Assembly (NCBI GenBank): GCA_963663965.2 | Contig: CAXXFK010000028.1 | Coordinates: 96,001-160,000 of the forward strand | Length of the DNA stretch: 64,000 nt | Direction of reading: 5' to 3' | DNA from: Sedimentisphaerales bacterium | GTDB taxonomy: Bacteria > Planctomycetota > Phycisphaerae > Sedimentisphaerales > SM23-30 | Shown here: positions 1 through 9,533 of the stretch, piece by piece | How positions within the stretch are numbered: position 1 is the stretch's first letter | Layout of the letters: each line of letters starts with the position of its first letter | Made by a program: the position numbers and the translations under genes | Notes under the pieces: model-generated | Database searches by the model: none | What the model was told of the DNA's origin: nothing | What the model saw: the letters and a program-made list of their open reading frames with translations, nothing else

Positions 1-37
1 ACTCGCCAGGTAGCTCTGAACATGTTCACCATTGTTT

Positions 38-995
38 CCAGAATCGTTGGATAAGCTGACTTTGGGGTACTTGAATTCCCATAGATGGCTTTTAAGTCTC
101 ACCTTCGATAGATATACACTTGTTGACAATGCGGTCCTAAATTGGCATCAAGTAATTCTTTTAAGCTGGATTTGATCAGATGGTACTATCGGCATATTAT
201 TATACGTTACGTAGCTCAGAACGTGGCCACCTTGAGCTTTTAATTGCAGCATTTAGCGGGCTTTCTTGTCATTCTACGGACTAAATCATAAAACGGTTAA
301 AGCCTGATAGATACACGAACCCTATACACGATTACTTCTCTGTCCGTATTTGGCAATGACATGATATAGATCGTAGACTATCTCTTAGCATTAGGGCAAT
401 GAATTTGCCATACTTCCTGCTCATAAGATACTGTTCACTGTAATCCATTGACCCAACATGCTAAAAAAGTGCTTTTTGCAACCTTGGTCGAGCCTAGTAG
501 CTCAAAGAATGCGATCTAGATCGCATTCTCTGAGCTTCTAGGCTCGGACCAGGTTGCAAAAAGCACTTTTTTAGCATGTTGGGTCAAGGATTACAGTGAA
601 CAGTATCTTATGACCCTTTTGTATAGCAAATTCATTGCCCTATTGCTGAGGATTGTCTACGATCTATATCATGTAATTGCCAAATACGGACCGAGAAGTA
701 ATCGTGTATAATGTTCGTGTAGATCTATAGCTTTAACCGTTTTATGATTTAGTCCGTAGAATGACAAGAAAGCATGCTTTATGCTGCAAATAGATGCTCA
801 ATCTGGCCACGTTTTGAGCTACGTAACGTATAATAGTATGCCGAGAGTACCATCTGCCCCAATCCAGCTTAAAAGAATTACTTGATGCCAATTTAGGACC
901 GCATTGGGGACAAGTGTATATCTATCGACGGTGAGACTTAAAAGCCAGGTATGGGTATTCAAATACAGGTAAGTCAGCTTATCCAACGATTCTGG
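38..995. repeat. Long imperfect palindrome: arms 38-517 and 518-995, zero spacer, symmetry centre 517/518
   Basis: Manual alignment of the reverse complement of the left arm to the right arm gives ~53 differences over ~480 bp (~89%). Perfect blocks include 506-529 (AGAATGCGATCT|AGATCGCATTCT), 260-303/730-773 (44 bp), 127-172/861-906 (46 bp) and 38-62/971-995. No ORF >=60 aa in the track. Confidence 0.97.
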
Positions 996-1481
996 TTATA
1001 ATCGTATAGCAGAGCTATGTTCGACTAACCTTGCCACAACCACTGACATATACCTGAACTGCCATTAGGAAAGCTAATTCTATCCATATCTCTGGACGCT
1101 TTGTATGACCGCCTTCAGAAAATCTGTCCAACTGATCCAATTTTATAGCCTTCCTGATTCGCCCAGGGCATTGACAATAATCATTAAACTCATAAGGTAG
1201 CTCCTATTACTATATGGTTACAGTGGATGAAAACAATGAATAACATGGACTACCTTATTTTTCAGACTTAGCTTACCCCGATATTGGGAGATTGAACCTT
1301 TTTTTTTTAATAATCTTTTAATTCGTTTTGTACACGTCAATTTATATATCTTTTTTTTAGAATTTTAAATAAATTGCGATTTTTATTGTAAGATTATCAA
1401 AAAAAAAAACAAATAATAAGTAGAAAAGATTTAATAAGTGTATGGAAAAAACATAGTATCGAAGTGTATTCTTATTTATAA

Positions 1482-2015
1482 ATGAATAAAGACAAAAATA
1501 AAGAATTAGCCATTTTCTGGGCCCGGTCACAGCCTCAGATTGTAAATTATATTAATGCTCAGGTATCCAACTTTCAGGATGCGGATGATATTATGCAGAG
1601 TGTAGCTGTGATTACAGTAGATAAGTTTGATACATTTGATCGAAGTGGTTCTTTTACATCCTGGGCAATAGGTATTGCGAGAAATTTAATATTAATGTAT
1701 TACGCTGAAAAGCGTAAGAACCGAGTGATGCTAGACCATGATGCCATGAATTTAGTTTCCGAAGTTTATGAGGCTGAATCACAGAGTATTGTAGAGCATA
1801 AAAAGAATGTGAACAAACACTTGAAAAGCTGTCTGGAAATGCTTAAGCATAAGTGGAAAAAAATTGTTGAAATGCATTATTACTCAGAGATGAGTCCTAA
1901 TAGAATTGCTCAGCAATTAAGCATGACAAGGAATAATGTATTTGTTTCACTTCACCGGATCAGACTTGCCCTGAAAAAATGTGTAGAAAAGAAGCTTAAA
2001 GAGGTTCAGCAATGA
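1482..2015 (+). CDS. ECF sigma-70 factor (Rhodopirellula/Verrucomicrobium type)
   Basis: DADDIMQ..., FDRSGSFTSWAIGIARN (region 2), L..CLE.L and C-terminal HTH ending LHRIRLALKKCV; overlaps the downstream FecR-like start (ATGA). Confidence 0.93.
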   Translation: MNKDKNKELAIFWARSQPQIVNYINAQVSNFQDADDIMQSVAVITVDKFDTFDRSGSFTSWAIGIARNLILMYYAEKRKNRVMLDHDAMNLVSEVYEAESQSIVEHKKNVNKHLKSCLEMLKHKWKKIVEMHYYSEMSPNRIAQQLSMTRNNVFVSLHRIRLALKKCVEKKLKEVQQ

Positions 2016-3708
2016 CAGATAGGATCGAAGAACTATTAAGTAAATATATGCTGGATCCAGAGGCAATGGATGTTCAAGATGCCCAGGAATTATCAGATTG
2101 GATAAAGCAGGACAGGCGACATGCGAGGAAGTTTATTGATTCCGTGTTATTTCGGAGAGATATTCATGATCTGTTGCTAAGCTCAGATAATTCAATTAGT
2201 GATATATTATTAAATCCACCTGATGTTAAAGAAAATAATGCAGATTCTGCAATATTCGATAAGGAATTAATACATTCTCTTCTTGAAAATGAGCTGAGTG
2301 CTCCAGAAGTTGAGATAGAGAATAAATGTATAGAAATAGTAGAAGATAAAGTAACTATTCCTGTAGAAAATGATGGAAATACTGTATAAAATAAATATGT
2401 TCTATCGCATTTACAGTGTGATTGTTTCTATTGCTGCTTTGTTCATGATACTTCTTATTGTATATGCAAATATCTTTCCGCCAAAATATTCAATACCAGT
2501 AGCTACAGTCAAAGATCAGGGTGCGTGTAGAATGGAGTTCTTCGTCAGCCAGATTGCTAGATGGTGACAGGGTATTGACTAATCAATTGCCTTACAATAT
2601 GGAAAGAGGTATAGTTCAACTAATTTATGATGAAGGTGTTGAAGTAGTCATTGAAGGCCCTGCAAAATTTGCTATTACTGACTGTAATCAGTTAAATATG
2701 TTTTCAGGAAAAGTATTTGTCGATGTTACTTCTATGGCTGGCAATTTTGTTGTTAATACGCCAAATGCTACTATTATTGACTATGGAACAAAATTTGGAA
2801 TAAACGTTCAGTCTAAAACCAATAGTGAAGTCGCTGTATATGAGGGGAAGGTTAAGCTTGCAGATCGATTGCAGCCTAATCTCTCGGAACTGCTGATAGC
2901 TGGTAAAGCTGCAGCTTTAATTAATAACCAGATTTTTCCTACTGATTTTAAAGAAGATGCTTTTGTGAAAAAGATACCTTCGTTTTATCAGCAAAGAATT
3001 CTTAAGACTCAGCCAGTATATTTTTTGCAGTTTGAATTGCAAAAGCCATATATTTATAACCCAATTAATTCCAAGATACCATATTGCTCGGGGATTGCCT
3101 CTGAAGATATTGTTTTGGGTCCGCCTTTAGATATGCAGTATGAAGTTGGTGGTGCTTATTTTCATGGTCAACCAATTAAAATAGACCTTCAAAAAGAAGA
3201 ATTAAATTCATTTGAGCAAGGATTTACACTATCTCTATGGGTTAAACTGCAGACCTCAGAATCCAATTTCCAATCTTCTACATATCATATTTTAGACGGT
3301 TCTGGGCGGTTTGGACAATTATTATTAAGGGATGGTAAATTTGTTCATTTCTTCAGACCTATCCAGGAAATATTAAGAACCGAAGGGCTGGATGTCATTA
3401 AACCTGATAGTTGGTACCAATTAACAGTTACTATGGATTATTATACTAAAGAAAAGAAGTTTTATATTAATGGTGTTTTACAGGGGGGGCAGAATTCAAG
3501 TGGGAAAAATATTCCATCGACAGGATGCTCTAAAATTATTTTAGGCAATAAAACTCCTGCAGCCTTAGTTGAAAGCGAGGCATTTCATGGGTTAATGTCG
3601 GAAATTCTGCTATATGACAGAGCTTTGACAGATCAGGAGATACTAAGTATCTTCAATCTTTATTGGAGCTATAATGGGAGGGGTGAATATACTAGCTTTT
3701 GCTGGTGA
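2012..3708 (+). pseudogene. FecR-family anti-sigma sensor with C-terminal LamG domain, split by two frameshifts (~2385 and ~2521; possibly sequencing errors)
   Basis: The three consecutive ORFs (125/65/395 aa) join into one protein colinear with the intact paralogs at 7644 and 23701: TM helix + YANIFPPKYSIPVATV, GVEVVIEGPA, DYGTKFG, then LamG (FTLSLWVK...WYQLTVT...FHGLMSEILLYDRAL). Confidence 0.85.
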
Positions 3709-5506
3709 CATTGATGACATTAGGATGCTGACGGAGGCGTTAACTGCTGAGCAGATTGCAATTTTGTACGATGAACCTCTTGAGTCTATTTATCCAGAGC
3801 AGAATGGTATAGTGCTGGATTCCTCCTTAAATTTAAGTTGGTCTGAATCTGATGATGCTCAATATTATGATGTTTATGTTGATACGAATTATGTAAATGT
3901 TGCAAATGCAACAATTAGTAATAATACGACTATGTATTATTTACGTACTGGTGACACTTCAGTGAATTCTGATATCAGTCTATTATCATCAGAAAATGTT
4001 TATTGGAGAGTTGATAAGGTTGTTGATGGGCAGATGGTTTGGGGCGATATATGGCGTTTTAAGTTTGAATACTGTGATCTGCAAATGGTTCCTGTTGTTG
4101 AATCTTATGATAATTATGACTCAGCCTTATTGTGTGTTCATTGGACACTATCAGGAAGTGAATTGTCATGGTATGAATTTGAGTCGATTAAAACATATGA
4201 TTACACTACAGGCAGTATGGTAGTCCATTATGAGACTAAAGAGTCTCCATTTTTTACAGAATTGACAAATGATTTTTGTGTGGCTCAAAATTGGTTGGTT
4301 GATGATTTGCAATCACTTGAGCTTCATTTTTATGGTTATCAGGATAATATAGCTCAACAGCTTTATTTCAAAGTTAAAGATACTGCTTCAAATGCTGCTA
4401 CTGTAATTTATCCAGATGCAGAAGATATGGTACAAAGTGAGCAGGATTGGCTGTGGAGGCAGTGGAATATTGATTTGGAAATGCTTAGTAGTCAGGGAGT
4501 TGACCTGAGTAATGTTGCCAGTATATCGATAGGGTTACAACGGCCAGATGGTGATAGTGAAGGAGGGCAGGGGAGTATTATAATTGACCAGATAGAACTT
4601 AAGCCGTCTATGTGTTTAAGTTCTATGACTGGAGAGGCTGATGTCAATAAAGATTGTTCTGCTGATATATACGATTTAATTCTGCTTGCTGAAGCATGGC
4701 TGGATAGTTCTGCAGGCCATCTGATTGCGGAGGAACCTTCAGACGAAAACCTGATCGCATATTACCCTTTTGATGAATCAGAGGGACTGACATCAGAAGA
4801 CATATCTGGTAACCAACATCATGCAACTGTTTACTCGAGTGACACTATTGAAATATGGAGCTCTGATGGTGTTGCAGATAACTGTATTGTATTCAATGGT
4901 GAATATCAGTCCTGTCCAATTGTAAGCATTCCTGAATCAGTATTTGGTATAGTTAATGATGAGCTTACAATTTCATTCTGGATGTATGTTGACAACTCCT
5001 GTTCCAATATTTTTACGGTATTCGACAACTATCCCGCGGATACAGGTGTGGCTGATACGAATCAGCTGACTTTAACTCTTGGCACAGTTGTTATACCTAT
5101 GTTTGAGCTAGAAAATAGCAACAAGTCCCAATGGAATCATTATGCTATGACGATGAGTTCTGCAGAAGGTATGATTAAGTATTATTTTAATGGAGAACTA
5201 CTTGTATTTAGAAATAGCAATCTTTCCCTTGATTTCTCTGGCCTGCAATACTTTATTTTAGGAAGAAGTTTCCCGTCTAATAACAGCAGTGTTTATGGAG
5301 CTGGGGCATTCAGTGGTAAACTTGATGAACTTAAGTTTTACAACAAAATGCTTTCGCAGCAGGAGATCCTTGCGTTAGCAGGAAAAGATGCTTTTTTTCA
5401 AAAAGTAAATCTAAACGCAAATATCAACAATGATAGTGAAATAAATATTGAAGATTATAGTTATCTGTCAACTTTCTGGAAAGAAATATATTTGTGGCCT
5501 CGTTAA
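3658..5506 (+). CDS. LamG-domain secreted-type protein with dockerin-like motifs, 5'-truncated
   Basis: Begins with the tail of a LamG domain (FAGDIDDIRM..ALTAEQIA.LY) and has no signal peptide; YWRVD module, complete LamG, motifs ADVNKDCSADIYDL..AWL and ANINNDSEINIEDY..FW. Confidence 0.75.
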
Positions 5507-5677
5507 AGCAAAGGTATCGTCTTTTACTAGTTGGCAGGCAAATAATATTGTGCGTAAAATATTATAAAAATAGTCGTTTATGTATGAATATAATGCATAG
5601 CCGTTTTGGTATAGATATTCTAATGAGGAAGTCTGTTAAGCCATATTTCCCTTAAGTTTAAGTATGAAGGCAGATTA

Positions 5678-6472
5678 TCATTTCGGTGCCCAGTAGTCCT
5701 GTTTCCATAGCCACTGGTTGATCTGTTTGTCTATATTGCTTGGATTCTGAACGCTGCCATCGTCCATGAGGACATTGTAGTGCCAGAATTTCTGGTCAAT
5801 GTTCAGGTTGGTGCCAATGCTTCTGGTGAGTGCGGAAGTCGTTTGTGAATTCATTGCATCAACTACTTCTTCTGTAACATCCAGCATCATAGCGCCTTTT
5901 GATACATTATTGACGGTATAAGTACTTCCTCTTCTTTTAGCGATCTCATCTTTTTTGTAAATAAAGACATAAGCACTCCAGAATAATGGCCTGTAAAAAT
6001 CATCGGAGTTGGAGCTATACTTATCGTATTTTTTATCAAGTTCTGCGGTAGAATAGGATTGCAGGTCAGACTCATCTTCCACACCATGGTATCTGTAATT
6101 CTGCTTGTACGAAACATTTTTGACACTAGGGCAGAAGAATATCTCACGATTGTCAAGCATTCTTCTTCTCATTATGTCATCGACCATTTTAGGGACAGGG
6201 AACTCATATGGGTAATCACCACCGGCAGAATTAACATGCCAGCCGCCATCTTTCATGACATTTTTAGTAAAGTCGAAGCCGTACTGAGCGCAATATACAC
6301 TAGCCGCTTTGCCTATCTGGCTAAGATTTGATTTACATACGACAGACTGAGCCTGCGACTTTGCCTTGCTCAGTGCCGGCATCAAAATAGAAACCAGTAA
6401 TGCTATAATTGTAATAACAACTAATAGCTCAATTAATGTAAAACCATCAAAACAACGTCTTCTACTTTTCAT
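5678..6472 (-). CDS. Prepilin-type N-terminal cleavage/methylation protein (planctomycete DUF1559-like class)
   Basis: [43 protein letters not shown]-terminal [11 protein letters not shown] resembling a shortened H-X9-DG motif. Confidence 0.9.
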   Translation of the reverse strand: MKSRRRCFDGFTLIELLVVITIIALLVSILMPALSKAKSQAQSVVCKSNLSQIGKAASVYCAQYGFDFTKNVMKDGGWHVNSAGGDYPYEFPVPKMVDDIMRRRMLDNREIFFCPSVKNVSYKQNYRYHGVEDESDLQSYSTAELDKKYDKYSSNSDDFYRPLFWSAYVFIYKKDEIAKRRGSTYTVNNVSKGAMMLDVTEEVVDAMNSQTTSALTRSIGTNLNIDQKFWHYNVLMDDGSVQNPSNIDKQINQWLWKQDYWAPK

Positions 6473-6625
6473 TTATTGGGTCCTTTTTCATAAATATCCA
6501 GACTTATTGTCAGAAAGCTTATTGTTTTAATTCAAATAGAAAACCTGTAACAATAAGCAACTAAAATATATTGATCATCTTATAGCAATATACCTCAGAT
6601 ATAGTGTCAAGCGACTAATCATATA

Positions 6626-6658
6626 TGCTTAATCACTTGATTGAACAAAACATGTACG
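6626..6658 (-). promoter_or_regulatory. Candidate ECF promoter, copy 1 (CGTACATG-N10-TCAAGTGATTAAGCA)
   Basis: Same bipartite motif and 10-nt spacing as 14378 and 23111; ~155 bp upstream of the prepilin-like gene. Confidence 0.55.
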
Positions 6659-7110
6659 AAAAAATATTTTTTTTTGCACAACAACGTTTTTTTGGGCAAT
6701 TTATAATAGTTTATAGTCACTTTTCTCTGTTTTTTAAGTTATAGGGAATAATCATTTTATATACGCAATGACTACTATTTTTAGATTTTTCCAAAAAGGT
6801 TAAAAAATTATCTCTTAGAAAAGCTGGCGGTTTGCCTCATAAGTTTTGAGTGGAACTCTCAATAAACAAGCCGTAATCGATTAATTTCTCCCCAAAATAT
6901 CTTAATCTCAGGAAAAATAATAAATGTACTCAATTCTTAATGTAACATGTTGTTGTATAATGTTTTATATGTTGTGTTAGAGTTTTTATGTAATTAGTTT
7001 ATAATATATAAATAGTTTTTATGTGTGAATTTTAAGACTTAGGATATTGCCTTATAGAGGATGATTATTTGTTAATCGATCTTTCTTTGTGAATTGTGTT
7101 TAATTGATTT

Positions 7111-7647
7111 ATGAGTATTTTAATGGATGATACTTTTCGGAAAAACAGTACTTTTGTTGAGCTGTATAGTTCAAACTATAACAGAATTCGTTCATTTATT
7201 CTGATGATGGTTCCCAATACATCTGAAGCTGATGATATTTTGCAGGAAACATCCAGAATAATGTGGGAGAAGTTTCAACAGTACGAACCAGGCACCAACT
7301 TTGTATCATGGGGAGTTACTATTGCTAAGTATCAGGTACTGAAATATCGTAAAAATTACAATTCCAAAGTGCCATTAAGTTCTGAAATAATAGATAAATT
7401 GTCAGAAGATTTTGAGAGTCCGCTTGACAGGGAAAACGATCAGCTTGATGCTTTGAGGGGTTGTTTGAAAAAGCTGGAAAAGAAGGATTATCATCTGATA
7501 CAGTCACGTTTTGAGCATAAGAAAACTGCCAGAGAGCTGTCTCAGCAAATTGGTGTTGCAATGAATACTATATATAGAAATGAATCCAGAGTTCTGTATT
7601 TATTACAGAGATGCATATACAAGACACTAGGGGCAAATGAGATATGA
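7111..7647 (+). CDS. ECF sigma-70 factor
   Basis: EADDILQET..MWEKF..YEPGTNFVSW...IAKYQVL; ALRGCLKKL; C-terminal HTH; overlaps the FecR start. Confidence 0.94.
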   Translation: MSILMDDTFRKNSTFVELYSSNYNRIRSFILMMVPNTSEADDILQETSRIMWEKFQQYEPGTNFVSWGVTIAKYQVLKYRKNYNSKVPLSSEIIDKLSEDFESPLDRENDQLDALRGCLKKLEKKDYHLIQSRFEHKKTARELSQQIGVAMNTIYRNESRVLYLLQRCIYKTLGANEI

Positions 7648-9341
7648 GCATACAGAACTCGGAATATAAAAAGTTTGATGATTTGAGGATTCTCATATTG
7701 CGGGCTCTGGATGGAACGATTTCTGTCGAAGAACTGAGCGATCTGGAAGGCAAACTTGCCTCTGATAGTAGATGCAGAAAGTACTATCGTGCTTTTATGT
7801 TTACGTACTGTAATATTGAAAGTGTGATGGGGGCAGATGATGTCGCTGCTTTATTGCGTGACAGCGGCTCTGATAGTAATGTCGATGAAGAGTTTTTGTC
7901 AATCCTGGCGGCACAGGAGGATAATGCTCCTGAGCTGGTTATGGAGAGGCCGGAAGTTGAGACAGTTATAATATCAAAGCCTAAGTCTGATAATAAATCC
8001 AGCAAATTCAATAAATTTGTCAGCTGTACAGTAGCGATAGCAGCTTCTATACTGGTATTCTTTATTGTATATGCCAATGTTTTCCCGCCACATTATACCG
8101 TTCCAGTGGCTTCTATTGTTGATTCTGTTGACTCAAAATGGGAAAACGGCTCGGAGCGGCTATTGCCGGGTGATCGTATTTTTACTAATCAGCCGCCTTA
8201 TGCGATTAGTGCCGGAATTGTAAAGATTCAGTACAATAGTGGAGTTGCTGTCATAATAGAAGCCCCGGCTGAATTTCAGATAATAGATGATGATGAGCTG
8301 AGATTGGATTACGGCAGGATATTTGCCATTGTGCCGAAGGAAGGTATTGGTTTTGCCGTCCAGACTAAAAATAGCAGGATAATTGATCTTGGCACTGAAT
8401 TTGGTGTCCAGGTCAATTCTAATGGAGATACCTCGCTGCATGTAATTAAAGGGAAAACCATGCTTGTTGCCGGCGACAGTGTAAATGCTGTTAGCCTGGC
8501 AGTAAATGAGGGTATGGCCAGAAGAGTATCTTTGGCTAATAATACAGTCGAGGAAATATACTGCAAAGATGATTTCTTTGTCAGGGATATTAGTTCCAAT
8601 AGTAATTTTATCTGGCGTGGACAGGATAAAATCAATCTTGCTGATATTATCGGCGGTGGTAATGGTTTTGGTACAGGGCAGGAGTCTATAGCTATCGATC
8701 CTGCTTCTGGTGAAATTTCAAATGAAATCGTTACCGCAAGCAGAGCTCAGAGAGATAATAAATATTATCCGGTTGCTGACAATCCGTATATTGATGGTGT
8801 TTTTGTGCCTTATGGAAAAGGAATACCTCTTCAGATAACATCTGTAGGGCATATTTTCGAACAGTGTCCTGAAACTGCAGGGGAATATTGGATGGGTATA
8901 TCCAATAAGCCGGTTATAAATCCTGAAGTTACAGCAGCAAAACCATATAATTTTGAGTATGTGAAACTGGATGGGATCCAATATGGAACAAAAGATCATC
9001 CGGCTATAATGATGCATGCCAACTGCGGCATTACCTTTGATCTGGATGAGATCCGTCAAACGATCCAAAAGAAAGAGATCAGCGGATTCACTGCAGTCGG
9101 TGGTATCTCCGAAACAATACGAGGCTCTGAATTTATCAAAGAAGCAAGTGTTGTGTTGTGGATTCTTGTTGATGGTAATGTTTTGCAGAAATATGATCTT
9201 GATGTTAATAACGATAAGGTTGATATAAATATAGCCCTTAATGATAATGTCAGGTTTCTGACTTTAATTTCTACCGATGGACATCAGAGCATTAATTGCG
9301 ACTGGGCTTTCTTGGGTAATCCATCTCTTATGCTTAAGTAA
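7644..9341 (+). CDS. FecR-family anti-sigma factor with C-terminal NPCBM/NEW2-like domain
   Basis: TM helix, GVAVIIEAPAEF, IIDLGTEFGV, LHVIKG; C-terminus MHANCGITFDL...RFLTLISTDG..INCDWAFLGNPSL. Confidence 0.88.
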   Translation: MSIQNSEYKKFDDLRILILRALDGTISVEELSDLEGKLASDSRCRKYYRAFMFTYCNIESVMGADDVAALLRDSGSDSNVDEEFLSILAAQEDNAPELVMERPEVETVIISKPKSDNKSSKFNKFVSCTVAIAASILVFFIVYANVFPPHYTVPVASIVDSVDSKWENGSERLLPGDRIFTNQPPYAISAGIVKIQYNSGVAVIIEAPAEFQIIDDDELRLDYGRIFAIVPKEGIGFAVQTKNSRIIDLGTEFGVQVNSNGDTSLHVIKGKTMLVAGDSVNAVSLAVNEGMARRVSLANNTVEEIYCKDDFFVRDISSNSNFIWRGQDKINLADIIGGGNGFGTGQESIAIDPASGEISNEIVTASRAQRDNKYYPVADNPYIDGVFVPYGKGIPLQITSVGHIFEQCPETAGEYWMGISNKPVINPEVTAAKPYNFEYVKLDGIQYGTKDHPAIMMHANCGITFDLDEIRQTIQKKEISGFTAVGGISETIRGSEFIKEASVVLWILVDGNVLQKYDLDVNNDKVDINIALNDNVRFLTLISTDGHQSINCDWAFLGNPSLMLK

Positions 9342-9533
9342 TGACTATATACCGGTGTAGTTTATTTAATATAAAATTTTGTTTTCTTATTAAATTTTAG
9401 ATGAACAGGATAAGAGAGAAGTTCTTCCCATCTTGTTTTTCAGAATTGGTTATCTGATTATTTTTTAGGATTGATTGTAATCAATAGCGGAGATTGTCTA
9501 TTTAAATTTTCACATTTTTTAAGGAGAGTCGTA

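Noticed and set aside
506..529. Protelomerase target site
   Set aside because: A perfect palindromic centre is compatible, but it does not match sites I recall, no protelomerase gene is in view, and replicated hairpin telomeres should give identical rather than 89% arms.
38..995. Retron msr-msd, IS/MITE terminal inverted repeats or an Obelisk-type coding RNA as the identity of the palindrome
   Set aside because: No reverse transcriptase or transposase nearby, no spacer or cargo between the arms, and no long ORF within the rod; none can be supported from this window.
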